From positions 96,001 through 160,000 of the forward strand of contig JAZDQA010000006.1 in assembly GCA_043797085.1 (NCBI GenBank): a stretch of DNA of 64,000 nt, given 5' to 3'. How positions within the stretch are numbered: position 1 is the stretch's first letter; each line of letters opens with the position of its first letter. Source of the DNA: Pseudomonadota bacterium (GTDB lineage: Bacteria > Campylobacterota > Campylobacteria > Campylobacterales > Sulfurimonadaceae). The position numbers and the translations under genes were made by a program. The notes under the pieces were generated by a model. It was given only the letters and a program-made list of their open reading frames with translations, did not search any database and was not told where the DNA came from. Positions 10,738-21,473 of this stretch are shown piece after piece.

Positions 10738-11849
10738 ATGCCCAGCTTTGTCAATGCGACTGCTATGATGGCATCACAAATAATGACCCAAAAAAGTGCG
10801 CTTACAACACTTTTGGTTGTGAGTTTTCCAATACTGTCCGTGCTTCCAGTTGCTTGAAATCCCCTGTAGCATCCTACAACACCGATAATGGCACCGTAAA
10901 CGGGCGATTTTGCTAATCCGACATACAATTCATTAACGGATATTTCAAGATACATTCTGTCGATGAAGTCATTCAAACTAATACCTAATTGAAAATGTGA
11001 AACAATATAAGCACCCGTCATACCTGCCATATCTGCAGCAAAAACCAAAAATGGCATCGTAATGATAAGAGCAAAAACCCTTGGAATGACCAAAAAAACA
11101 AAGGGATCAAGTCCCATCGTCCGCATCGCATCAATTTCTTCGGTAATTTTCATGGTTCCAATTTCAGCTGTAAAAGAACTGGCACTTCGTGCAGCGATTA
11201 AAATGGCGGTGATAATGGGTGAAAGTTCTCTAAAAACAGACATTACGCTTAGATCAACAATGAAAATATCAGCACCGATTTTTGTCAGATACCCTGCAGA
11301 TTGATATGCCACAACCAGACCTATTAAAAAAGATAAGATTGTAATGATTCCGATAGCTTGGATGGCAGACGTATCAATATGTTTTACCAATGCGGTAAAT
11401 CTAAAATTCCACGGTGAAATAATGAGCTTCAGCAGTGCAAAAAGCATTTCACCGACAAACGATAAAAAATCACCGCTTCCTTTAACCCCATCAATAATCC
11501 ATTTACCTATTCCTTCAACAGAAAGATATTGTTTTGGGGGTAACTCAGGTTTGTTACGGAAGTTTTTTTGATAAAAGTTGAGGAGTTTTGCGTGATCTTC
11601 GTGTACATTCACGCACGTTACACTGCATTTATCTTTAATAAGCTTATTTTTAATCCGCAAAATTTCAACTGCACCTGCTGAATCAATAGTTAGGCAATCA
11701 ATAAAATCAAAAATAATCGCTTTATCAAAAAAATTGCCAATATCCTTTTCTATACTGTTCGTATTTGCTAATGATTCTTTTGTCCAATCATTGGCGATCA
11801 ATACTTTAAGATCGACTGCACTTAAATATTGAATTTTTATTCTTTGCAT
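10734..11849 (-). CDS. mlaE: MlaE family permease with N-terminal STAS-like domain
   Basis: IDSAG STAS motif, RELSP, AEIGTMKITEEIDAMRTMG. Confidence 0.88.
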   Translation of the reverse strand: MQRIKIQYLSAVDLKVLIANDWTKESLANTNSIEKDIGNFFDKAIIFDFIDCLTIDSAGAVEILRIKNKLIKDKCSVTCVNVHEDHAKLLNFYQKNFRNKPELPPKQYLSVEGIGKWIIDGVKGSGDFLSFVGEMLFALLKLIISPWNFRFTALVKHIDTSAIQAIGIITILSFLIGLVVAYQSAGYLTKIGADIFIVDLSVMSVFRELSPIITAILIAARSASSFTAEIGTMKITEEIDAMRTMGLDPFVFLVIPRVFALIITMPFLVFAADMAGMTGAYIVSHFQLGISLNDFIDRMYLEISVNELYVGLAKSPVYGAIIGVVGCYRGFQATGSTDSIGKLTTKSVVSALFWVIICDAIIAVALTKLGI

Positions 11850-11987
11850 GGCGAAATTATGCCCATAAAAGCGATTAATTTAATTTCATTGTTGTAATGC
11901 AATTGTTTCGTAATTGTAATAAATTCTATTTATACTTCCATCTGTGAAAAAACTTTATGGCAATTTAATTAAAATGCCTCTAAAAGC

Positions 11988-12551
11988 TTAAAAAACTATA
12001 GATAAAAATGCTTTAACTTCGTCAAAATAGCGTTCAAATTGATCGAAGCGGTGATTTCCACCTTCTTCAATAATCATCTTTGCCCCATCATAATGGTTTT
12101 TTGCCACAGTATGATCGAGTATTTCATCCCCAGTTTGCAGAAAGATACAATAATTTTTAGTGTTTGGTTGTTTAACGATATAGGGGCAAAAATCATTGAT
12201 GTCGCTTTCGTTCCAGATAAAAATACTGCCATCGTCTCGGGTGTTTTTTCCTAGGTAGCGACGTGTTGTTTCGTAGGGAGCAATAGAAGGGTTGATTAGA
12301 ACCGTTTTGATGTTATGGCACTCACTGAGATATGAAGCGTAAAATCCACCTAATGAGCTGGCAATAATCCCCGTAATGGAATGTTTTTTGATGAGCATTT
12401 CCAAGTCTTCGATAGCCTCTGCCGGAGAAACCCGAAAATCGGCAATTACAATAGTGTCATTAAAATGTTTTTTAAGTATGTTGGCTTTAGACGATTGAGC
12501 TGTTGTTCTAAATCCATGGATATAAAGAATCACGTCGTAACCTTTCTGCAA
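11988..12551 (-). CDS. YqiA/YcfP (UPF0227) alpha/beta-hydrolase esterase
   Basis: LYIHGF, ASSLGG nucleophile elbow, INPS, GDEILD, GGNHRF; start uncertain. Confidence 0.85.
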   Translation of the reverse strand: MQKGYDVILYIHGFRTTAQSSKANILKKHFNDTIVIADFRVSPAEAIEDLEMLIKKHSITGIIASSLGGFYASYLSECHNIKTVLINPSIAPYETTRRYLGKNTRDDGSIFIWNESDINDFCPYIVKQPNTKNYCIFLQTGDEILDHTVAKNHYDGAKMIIEEGGNHRFDQFERYFDEVKAFLSIVF

Positions 12552-12597
12552 AAAGACAAATTATAGTCTTTTCACTATCTAATTATCAAGGAAAATG

Positions 12598-13659
12598 CTA
12601 TTTGACACGGTACTTTTCTACAATACGTCTGATTACTTCATCGGCAATTTGTTCTTGAATCCCCATGTCTAAATGGCTGAAAAAACCGACACACGAGCAG
12701 TTTATCTCACCTAGCACATAGGTATCATTTCCATCATCATCGTTGTCGAGCATAAAATCACCTGTCCAGAGAATGGGCGGTTCCTTGATTTTGCCCAGTT
12801 TACTTGAGATGAGGGGGATGGAGTCAACAAATTTATTTATCAATTTAGGATAAGCATCGGGAGAATAATAGGTGTAATGCGCTCCCGAACCGATTGTGGC
12901 TGAAAATGCATCTGCATGATCTGCTGGTTTTTTATGGACGACAAATATAGGCTTGTTACCTATCATTAAAATGCGAATTTCTCCTTCCGTAATACGAGGA
13001 AGAAATCGCATATCAACCAGCATCCCATTTTTCCCCTTGATGTATTGCTTGCAAAAACGGATAAAGTTACCCAGAGAGTGATATTCTACATGATTATCAA
13101 ATGCTTCGGTACATTTTACGACTGTTTCTTCAGGAATTGCCTCGCCCGCTTTGTACTCGATATGATTATCAGTTACTTCGACTTTCCAGATACCTGAACC
13201 TGTAGACCCACGATTTTGTTTAAGTACACGCGGTCCATAAGAAAGGGTTTTCGGAAATATCTTTTTGAACTCTTTGTAAGTGTAATACGCGTAAGTATCA
13301 TCGGGAACCAAATCAGTATTGGCGAGTTTTGAGAGGACATCTTTGGAGCCGAAACGCATCATGGTCGTAGGGTGTGTCATTACCAGTACGTCTTTTTTAC
13401 TGAGTTTATTTAACATATCAAAGAGTTTATTTTCGCCGTTTGGAAGATTTCCAGGATTAATTCTGGTAATAACAGCATCGGCACGTTCAAGAATATAAGA
13501 ATAAAGCTCATCAACCCACTCATCTCGAAAATAGATTACTTCAGCAGTAAATCCTTTTTCAATCAATGCTTCGATAATAGGCATCGTATCGCGTCAATGT
13601 CCATTGATCCATTTATCTGACCCGCCTTCAGCTTCGATAATTATGATGTGTTTTTTCAT
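12598..13659 (-). pseudogene. Cj0069-family ATP-grasp protein with in-frame TGA at codon 22
   Basis: AGGAG RBS and ATG at 13659 give MKKHIIIIEAEGGSDKWINGH*RDTMPII..., continuing in frame into the 328-aa ORF (RVLKQNRGSTG, GEINCSCVGF); TGA at 13596-13594. Confidence 0.78.
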
Positions 13660-13880
13660 GCACTACTCCTATGGGATGTGGAAGTGTACATAGTAAAGAT
13701 TATAGATTGGTTGCAAAGAAAAATATTGTTGGAACGGTAAAACAAAAAGTGCGCAAGATCAGTTTAGCCCTCTTGCGTTATTATATCATTTAGGTTAATT
13801 TCAGCAGTGCCTATAGTTTAATCAATCAATACGAATACAACTTGCTACAATGGTAAAAATTAAAATTTTAAAGAGTCTTT

Positions 13881-15344
13881 ATGAGTGAAATATCCAATTT
13901 ATGCGACGTTATTATTTTCGGAGGGCATGGTGATTTAGCATTTCGAAAGCTCATGCCTGCGTTGTATCATCTTTGTAATGACGGACACATTAACGAGCAC
14001 AGTCGTATTTTTTCCACAACCCGTGCCAATATGACCCAAGAAGAGCACCTTGAACTGGTCAAAACAAAATTAAAAGAATTTTTAGCCCAAGAGCAATTTG
14101 ATGAGGCAAAATTTGAGAATTTTAAAGCACGCCTGCATCTGGTTAAAGTAGATCTGGGTAATGTTGAAAGTTACGAGGAACTCAGCCATCTTCTTGGAGA
14201 AAATCCTCAACGAGAACGAATCAGCTATCTCTCTACCTCTCCTGATTTTTTCGGAACGATTTGTAAAGCCTTAAGCACGTGGAGACTTGTCAGCCCTCAA
14301 AGTCGTGTCGTTTTGGAAAAACCGATCGGGCGGGATCTTGTCTCTTCGCGTGCCATCAATGTGGAAGTGCTCAAATATTTCGACGAGTCCCAAGTCTACC
14401 GCATCGACCACTATTTAGGAAAAGATACCGTTCAAAACATTATGGCGTTACGTTTTTCCAACCGTATTTTCACCCCTTTATGGGATGCGAGCAACATTGA
14501 CCATGTCGAAATCACGGTCTCCGAAAGTGTCGGGGTTGAAGGGCGTTGGGGATATTATGATGAGTACGGTGCAATGCGCGATATGATTCAAAATCATCTG
14601 ATGCAGCTGCTGTGCCTCATCGCTATGGAACCCCCGTGTTCTTTGGATGCGGACAGTGTACGGGATGAAAAAGTAAAAGTACTCAAATCCCTGCGCCCTA
14701 TGAGTGCCGCGGATATCCAGCAAAAAACCGTTCGCGCCCAATATTCAAAAGGCTCCAGTAACGGTCAAATCGTCCCCGGATACAAAGAGGGGGAGGGTGT
14801 CGCAAACAGTACGACCGAAACCTATGCCGCCGTTCGTGTCGACATCGACAACTGGCGTTGGAACGGTGTGCCGTTCTATCTACGTAGCGGAAAACGTCTG
14901 CGCAACAGAAACTCTGAAATCATTATTCAGTTTAAATCAATCCCTTACTCGATTTTTGCCAACAAAGGCAGCTGTATTTCGCAAAACAAACTGGTCATCA
15001 CTTTGCAGCCCAAAGAGAGTATTCAGCTCAAACTCATGAATAAGATCCCCGGACTCAGTGAACAAATGCGTCTGCAACAAGTCGATTTAGAACTCAACTC
15101 CCCTATGAATGATGAAAGAAAACCCGAAGCCTATGAACGCCTGATGCTCGATGTTATCCGCAGTAATCCGACCTTGTTTATGCGACTGGATGAAGTGGAA
15201 GCGGCGTGGAAATGGGCGGATATTATTTTGCAAGGATGGGCCCAAAACATTGTTCCGATGAAAAGCTACAGTGCAGGAACCGATGGACCCACCGCCGCAG
15301 TTGAGCTAATCGCACGTGATGGCAGAAGCTGGCATGATGAATAA
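13881..15344 (+). CDS. zwf: glucose-6-phosphate 1-dehydrogenase
   Basis: GGHGDLA, EKPIG, RIDHYLGK, DMIQNHL. Confidence 0.96.
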   Translation: MSEISNLCDVIIFGGHGDLAFRKLMPALYHLCNDGHINEHSRIFSTTRANMTQEEHLELVKTKLKEFLAQEQFDEAKFENFKARLHLVKVDLGNVESYEELSHLLGENPQRERISYLSTSPDFFGTICKALSTWRLVSPQSRVVLEKPIGRDLVSSRAINVEVLKYFDESQVYRIDHYLGKDTVQNIMALRFSNRIFTPLWDASNIDHVEITVSESVGVEGRWGYYDEYGAMRDMIQNHLMQLLCLIAMEPPCSLDADSVRDEKVKVLKSLRPMSAADIQQKTVRAQYSKGSSNGQIVPGYKEGEGVANSTTETYAAVRVDIDNWRWNGVPFYLRSGKRLRNRNSEIIIQFKSIPYSIFANKGSCISQNKLVITLQPKESIQLKLMNKIPGLSEQMRLQQVDLELNSPMNDERKPEAYERLMLDVIRSNPTLFMRLDEVEAAWKWADIILQGWAQNIVPMKSYSAGTDGPTAAVELIARDGRSWHDE

Positions 15345-16017
15345 TCTCAATTTTCACCGTTTTGATGATGAAGAAAAGCTTGCTTTTTCTCTTACTCAAA
15401 GCATCGTGGATGATCTCAACGACGCCATCGCCGAAAAAGGATCTGCATCTTTGATCGTCTCAGGCGGAAGCACCCCTAAAAAACTTTTTAAAGCCTTAAG
15501 TAAGATAAACATCGATTGGGATAAAATTAAAATCGGTTTGTGTGATGAGCGTCTCGTTGAACCGACCCATAACGATAGCAATGAAAAACTTGTTCGAGAA
15601 ACACTCATGACAAGTTATGCCCAACAAGCAACGTTTATTGATATGGCAAGCGAAGATGAGACTGCGTGTTCTATGCGCGTTAAAGAGCTACTTATGCCCT
15701 TTGATGTGATCGTTTTAGGGATGGGAGAGGATGGTCATACCGCATCACTTTTCCCTAATAATCCAAGGCTTGATGAAGCATATGACCAAACCAAAGAAAA
15801 TGTCTGCATTAAAATTGTTCCGCAATATGCTCCACATTCGCGCATGAGTCTTACACTGGGAGCTATTTTAAGCGCTCGCCATGTCTATCTTCATTTTCAA
15901 GGCGAGAGCAAACTGAATGTTTACAAAGAAGCACTAAGGGGGGCGGATTCATTCGCTATGCCCATTCGTGCTATCATTAACCAAACAGATAAAAAGATTG
16001 AGGTATACAGCGCATGA
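15337..16017 (+). CDS. pgl: 6-phosphogluconolactonase
   Basis: VSGGSTP, DER, GMGEDGHTASLFP; follows zwf. Confidence 0.93.
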   Translation: MNNLNFHRFDDEEKLAFSLTQSIVDDLNDAIAEKGSASLIVSGGSTPKKLFKALSKINIDWDKIKIGLCDERLVEPTHNDSNEKLVRETLMTSYAQQATFIDMASEDETACSMRVKELLMPFDVIVLGMGEDGHTASLFPNNPRLDEAYDQTKENVCIKIVPQYAPHSRMSLTLGAILSARHVYLHFQGESKLNVYKEALRGADSFAMPIRAIINQTDKKIEVYSA

Positions 16018-17843
16018 ATGAAATACTCCTTCGCGTTACTAAAAACATACAAGAACGTTCCCGTATCAGCAGAGAACATTATCTCCAACGGATCAACGAA
16101 GCAAAAAGACATGGCGTTAATCGGCAAAAACTCGGATGCAGTAATCTAGCCCATGCCATGGCACCGATGGATGCACACGATAAAGCCTCACTAAGTGCAC
16201 TGCAAAATCCCAATATCGCGATTGTCACGGCGTATAACGATATGCTCTCCGCCCATGAACCCTATAAACTCTATCCTGCCCTCATTAAACGGACTCTAAG
16301 CGACATGGGTGCCACGTGTCAGGTTGCAGGAGGAGTTCCCGCCATGTGTGATGGGGTGACTCAATCGCAAAAAGGGATGGAGTTAAGCCTCTTTAGCCGT
16401 GACAACATCGCCATGGGAACCGCTATTGCCCTCTCTCACAATGTCTTTGACGGAGCTTTGTATCTGGGAATATGCGATAAAATTGTCCCGGGTCTTGTCA
16501 TCGGGGCATTGGCGTTTGGTCATCTCCCCGGACTCTTCGTCCCAGGTGGACCAATGCCATCAGGAATTAGCAACGCGGAAAAAGGGAGAATCCGACAAGA
16601 GTATGCCAAAGGCAACGTCACTAAAGTCGATCTTCTAAAAGCCGAAGCCGCCTCCTATCACAGCAGCGGGACATGCACCTTTTATGGCACCGCAAACTCA
16701 AATCAAATGCTCTTGGAAATGATGGGTCTGCAACTTCCCAACAGCTCGTTTGTCAACACCAACACCCCGCTTCGTGAAGCACTCACCATAGAAGCTTCTC
16801 GCACCATCCTTGGTTTGACTGAGAGTTTTGGAAACTATCTCCCCATAGCCGACATCATCGATGAACGCAGTTTTGTTAATGCGATTGTAGGACTCATGGC
16901 AACCGGCGGATCGACCAACCATACCATCCATCTCATCGCCATGGCGCGCGCCGCAGGGATACTGCTGACATGGGATGATTTTGATGCTCTTTCGAAAATC
17001 ACACCGCTTCTATGCCATATGTATCCTAACGGAAGTGCCGATGTCAACGCATTTCGAGACGCAGGCGGAATGTCGGTCGTGATCCATCAGCTTCTGAATG
17101 CAGGTCTGGTGCATAACGATGTCCAAACCATCATAGGCAAAGGGCTTGATCGCTACGTCGTTGAACCTACACTTAAGGAACATACATTCCGTTTTGATAC
17201 CGGAGCCACAATCTCTCGTGACACTTCGGTCATTTCCAGTGCAGAAACTCCCTACAGACACGAGGGGGGAATTAAACTGCTTCGCGGAAATATCGGTCGA
17301 AGCATCATAAAAACCTCAGCGCTCAAAGATCCCGATATCATTATCGAAGCCGAAGCGATTATTTTTGATTCTCAAGAAGCATTGCAAAGTGCCTTTAAAC
17401 GCGGCGAACTGGAGAGAGATTTTATCGCCGTTGTCCGATTCCAAGGTCCACGCGCCAACGGTATGCCCGAACTTCACGGTCTTATGCCTCCGCTTGGCGT
17501 GCTTCAAGAGCGAGGATTCAATGTCGCAATCGTAACCGATGGTCGAATGTCCGGTGCATCAGGAAAAGTCCCCTCGGCAATCCACATCACACCCGAAGCC
17601 GCTGAGGGAGGAATATTGGCAAAACTCCAAAACGGTGACAGAATCCGTTTTGATGTCAAAACGGGGGAAGTCACGGTATTGGTAGATGATGCAATAGTAT
17701 CAGCCCGTCCGATTTATACACCCGATTTGAGCCACAACCGATACGGCTTTGGTCGAGAACTCTTTGCCTCAATCCGAGCCAGTGTCGGAAGTGCTGAAGA
17801 GGGTGCAAGTATTTTTGATATTACAGGTAAGGAACGCGCATGA
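16014..17843 (+). CDS. edd: phosphogluconate dehydratase
   Basis: NDMLSAH, AMCDGVTQ, GTCTFYGTANSNQ, TDGRMSGASG. Confidence 0.96.
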   Translation: MNEILLRVTKNIQERSRISREHYLQRINEAKRHGVNRQKLGCSNLAHAMAPMDAHDKASLSALQNPNIAIVTAYNDMLSAHEPYKLYPALIKRTLSDMGATCQVAGGVPAMCDGVTQSQKGMELSLFSRDNIAMGTAIALSHNVFDGALYLGICDKIVPGLVIGALAFGHLPGLFVPGGPMPSGISNAEKGRIRQEYAKGNVTKVDLLKAEAASYHSSGTCTFYGTANSNQMLLEMMGLQLPNSSFVNTNTPLREALTIEASRTILGLTESFGNYLPIADIIDERSFVNAIVGLMATGGSTNHTIHLIAMARAAGILLTWDDFDALSKITPLLCHMYPNGSADVNAFRDAGGMSVVIHQLLNAGLVHNDVQTIIGKGLDRYVVEPTLKEHTFRFDTGATISRDTSVISSAETPYRHEGGIKLLRGNIGRSIIKTSALKDPDIIIEAEAIIFDSQEALQSAFKRGELERDFIAVVRFQGPRANGMPELHGLMPPLGVLQERGFNVAIVTDGRMSGASGKVPSAIHITPEAAEGGILAKLQNGDRIRFDVKTGEVTVLVDDAIVSARPIYTPDLSHNRYGFGRELFASIRASVGSAEEGASIFDITGKERA

Positions 17844-18463
17844 ACGCTTATGATGTGATGAAAATCTCCCCCATTGTCCCCGTTATTGCTATCGAAGATG
17901 CCAAGGATGCACTGCCTCTTGCCGAAGCGTTGTTGGCAGGGGGAATCGCTCTTATGGAGATTACCTTGCGCACTCCCGCAGGGATAAAAGCAATCGAGAT
18001 CATTGCCAAAAACTTACCCCAAATGGCGGTAGGTGCAGGAACCGTCCTCAATGCGGATGATTTCAAAAAAGTAGTCGATCACGGTGCGCAGTTTGTCTTT
18101 AGCCCCGGCATCAGCCTCGAACTGATGGAAACATCAAAATCACTCAACATCCCCTTTATTCCGGGAGTAGCTACGGCATCGGAAGTGATGCTTGCCTTGA
18201 ACAACGGCTTTGAGCATTGTAAACTTTTTCCCGCCACTGCCGTGGGAGGAATCGAAACACTCAATGGCTTTTACGGTCCATTTCCCTCCATGCGTTTTTG
18301 TCCGACAGGAGGGATCAATCTCCACAATCTCAACGATTTTCTAAAACTCCCCAATGTTTTATGCGCCGGAGGGAGCTGGATTGTCCCAAAAATGGTACTC
18401 AAAAACAAAGAATTTAGTTCAATTACCAAATTGTGCCACGAAGCACTTATCCATATAGATTAA
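17840..18463 (+). CDS. eda: KDPG/KHG aldolase
   Basis: EITLRT, GAGTV, KLFPA, FCPTGG. Confidence 0.95.
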   Translation: MNAYDVMKISPIVPVIAIEDAKDALPLAEALLAGGIALMEITLRTPAGIKAIEIIAKNLPQMAVGAGTVLNADDFKKVVDHGAQFVFSPGISLELMETSKSLNIPFIPGVATASEVMLALNNGFEHCKLFPATAVGGIETLNGFYGPFPSMRFCPTGGINLHNLNDFLKLPNVLCAGGSWIVPKMVLKNKEFSSITKLCHEALIHID

Positions 18464-18485
18464 AATTATTTCACTTAGGTCATCA

Positions 18486-21473
18486 ATGAATTTGGATCAT
18501 ATCAACGCATTACTCGAAAAACACTACAACTCTATTGATAAAATCATTCTCTCTCGCCAAGATCCCATCACCGGTCTCTTGCCTGCTAGTACCGCAATAA
18601 CAGCTCATGGCGATTATACCGATGCGTGGGTACGCGATAACGTTTACAGTATCCTTTGTGTCTGGGGGCTTGCCCTTGCGTACAAAAAAAACAATCCCGA
18701 CCATTATCGAAACTACCTCTTGAGTCAAAGTGTGGTTAAACTGATGCGTGGACTCCTAGAGGCAATGATGCGCCAAGCCAATCGTGTCGAAACGTTCAAA
18801 AAAACGCTCAATCCTACCGATGCCCTACACGCTAAATACGCAACGGCAACAGCATTGGCAGTTGTCGGGGATGATGAGTGGGGACATTTGCAATTGGACG
18901 CTACTTCTTTATATCTTTTGATGAGTGCACAGATGATTGCTTCGGGATTACAGCTGATCTATACGATCGATGAGGTTGATTTCATTCAAAATCTCGTCCA
19001 CTATATCAGTCACACCTACTGCATCGCCGATTATGGGATTTGGGAACGTGGCAATAAAATCAATCACGGTACAACGGAGATCAATTGCAGTTCTGTCGGG
19101 ATGGCAAAAGCGGCGCTGGAAGCACTCAATGGCTTTAATCTCTTTGGAAACGTCATGAGCCAAGAGGCCGTTATCCATGTCATACCAAGCGACATTGCAA
19201 GGTCACGTTTTACCCTCCACGGATTGCTGCCGCGAGAATCTGCCTCCAAAGAGACCGATGCGGCATTGCTAAGCATCATCGGATATCCCGCTTACGCGAT
19301 CGAAGATGAAGCTCTTGTAGAGCGTACACGAACTAAAATACTTAAAAAACTCGGTGGTCGTTATGGATGCAAACGCTTTCTTCTCGACGGGCATCAAAGC
19401 AGTATCGAAGATCCTTCCCGCTTGCACTACGAACCCTTTGAATTGCGTGAGTTTGAACACATCGAATCCGAATGGCCCCTCTTTTTTACCTATCTTTTAC
19501 TCGATTCACTGATGCGCCAAGACCATGAGGGGGTGCGTCATTGGAGAGAGAAACTTCAATCGCTGTTTGTCGATCAAGAGGGTGAAAAACTGTTGCCGGA
19601 ACTCTATCTCGTCCCCAAAGAGTCTATCGAAGCCGAAAAAGAACATCCGAATTCTCAAACCCGTGTCCCTAATGAAAACATACCTCTCGTCTGGGCGCAA
19701 AGTCTTTTTATTCTCAGCGATATGATTATGGACAACATCCTCTCTCCTCAGGACATTGATCCGCTTTCACGCAGAGAACGTATCGGTTTTAAACGCACTA
19801 ATCGTCCTCTCGTCTGTGCTCTCGCAGAAAATGAATCCGTCAAACAGCGTCTTCTTGAGCATGGCATCCACAGTGAAACTCTCGATGAACTTTATCCCAT
19901 CAAGGTAATGCACGCGTCACAACTTTCCAAAATCCATACTCTTTTAGGGAAAAATGAAAAATTGGGATTAAGCGGACGCCCGCACGTTGCAGCAAGAACC
20001 ATTACAACCGCACGCCTGCATCTTTTGATCGATCAGGAAATCATTTTTCTACCCTATTATTTTAATCCTAAAGGGTTCTATTTTAGTTATGACACCACTC
20101 TTTTGGTAAAACGTTTTCGATCATCTTTGAAATTTCTCTCTACCCACTGGGATCAGCAGGCTCAACCGATACTGCCATTTCTGATCCGTGAAGACATGCT
20201 TGAAAGTCCTCAAAAAGAGGTGATTTTAGAGCTTCTCCATGAGTTGGAAAATAACTCTTGTAATTTTATAACCATTACAAAAGCCCCACTGCGAGAGCTT
20301 TTAAAAACCGCCAGTGTTGAACAAATCAATAATATTAATCCATTGGACCTCAACGCACTGGAACTCCATTCTCTCAATCATAGCCATACTGCCGTTACCT
20401 CAGAAACCGACTACGAATCGGCAGCTCTCAATCAAGATTGGGCCAGTGTCCGTCGAATCGCTGAAGCCATGTGTAAATACGATGAGCGTCTTGAAGATGT
20501 ACTGCTGGATATTATCATTCATCAAAAACATCTAGCCGTTGGGCGTGCCTACAGTGAACGCGCTACCTTTTCAAAGCCGTTAAAAAATACGGATATTGTC
20601 ACGATTATTCGAGAATCATGCGGGAACAATGCCGCAGAAAGCGTTTTAACCCAAGAGGTGATGGTCCATCTCGGAGCACTTATCCAAGCAGAACCGGAAC
20701 TTTTTAACAACATGATTACCCTGCGCACTTGGTATTTCGTCCAACTCTTAGTCGGTCATATCAGCCGTGAGAACAATCTCCCCATAGGTGATTCCTACGA
20801 GTACCTGTTAGGTTTGTCTCCCCATGATATCTACGAGCGAATCCGAGCGATTTTAAAATCATTTTCCCAAGAAGTTTCCCAGTTCAACCACCAAGAAAAT
20901 CTTAATGCGTCAGGAATACCTGTCGTTAATTCCATCCCTACCGACGTATCTGCAGACCCCTGCCTGCAAAGTGATAATTGGGCTCAATGGCGCCAGCATG
21001 AGGGGATGATTAGCAGACTGACTCAAAAATTTTATAAAAATGTGTGGTATCTGCTACGCCAATGCAACGGGCTTGTCATAGGCGACAAGTACAATCTGAA
21101 CAGCCGCATAGGAAGTGAACTCACCTTGGACTCAACCGCAGGAGAACAAAGCTTCGCCCACAAAATTGAAGACCTCTTACAAAGCATTGAAGCTCCCGAG
21201 TATCGCCAGCTCAATATAGAAGCGATTGAAAGCCTCTCTAAACTCTTTAAACACTCGCCGGAACTTCATGTTGATGATGATTTGGTCTTGGATGTACTCA
21301 TCGGGCATGCTGTGAGGATTGGGTGGACACACCATCATCCTTATGAAGAAAATTATGATGAAGTACGCGCTCAGGCATGGGACAGGATATACCAGTGTTC
21401 ACCCGAAAAAACGGCAGAGCTCTTTGTTGAAGCGTTTATCTATTTATTAGCTCCACAGTCAAAGGAAAAATGA
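18486..21473 (+). CDS. GH15-domain protein, phosphorylase kinase alpha/beta-subunit-like
   Basis: AWVRDNVYS, WGHLQLDA, DYGIWERG, YGCKRFL.DG, PLVWAQS, C-terminal PEYRQL. Confidence 0.85.
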   Translation: MNLDHINALLEKHYNSIDKIILSRQDPITGLLPASTAITAHGDYTDAWVRDNVYSILCVWGLALAYKKNNPDHYRNYLLSQSVVKLMRGLLEAMMRQANRVETFKKTLNPTDALHAKYATATALAVVGDDEWGHLQLDATSLYLLMSAQMIASGLQLIYTIDEVDFIQNLVHYISHTYCIADYGIWERGNKINHGTTEINCSSVGMAKAALEALNGFNLFGNVMSQEAVIHVIPSDIARSRFTLHGLLPRESASKETDAALLSIIGYPAYAIEDEALVERTRTKILKKLGGRYGCKRFLLDGHQSSIEDPSRLHYEPFELREFEHIESEWPLFFTYLLLDSLMRQDHEGVRHWREKLQSLFVDQEGEKLLPELYLVPKESIEAEKEHPNSQTRVPNENIPLVWAQSLFILSDMIMDNILSPQDIDPLSRRERIGFKRTNRPLVCALAENESVKQRLLEHGIHSETLDELYPIKVMHASQLSKIHTLLGKNEKLGLSGRPHVAARTITTARLHLLIDQEIIFLPYYFNPKGFYFSYDTTLLVKRFRSSLKFLSTHWDQQAQPILPFLIREDMLESPQKEVILELLHELENNSCNFITITKAPLRELLKTASVEQINNINPLDLNALELHSLNHSHTAVTSETDYESAALNQDWASVRRIAEAMCKYDERLEDVLLDIIIHQKHLAVGRAYSERATFSKPLKNTDIVTIIRESCGNNAAESVLTQEVMVHLGALIQAEPELFNNMITLRTWYFVQLLVGHISRENNLPIGDSYEYLLGLSPHDIYERIRAILKSFSQEVSQFNHQENLNASGIPVVNSIPTDVSADPCLQSDNWAQWRQHEGMISRLTQKFYKNVWYLLRQCNGLVIGDKYNLNSRIGSELTLDSTAGEQSFAHKIEDLLQSIEAPEYRQLNIEAIESLSKLFKHSPELHVDDDLVLDVLIGHAVRIGWTHHHPYEENYDEVRAQAWDRIYQCSPEKTAELFVEAFIYLLAPQSKEK

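Noticed and set aside
13594..13596. Selenocysteine codon
   Set aside because: The column appears to be Arg in the family and no convincing SECIS was seen
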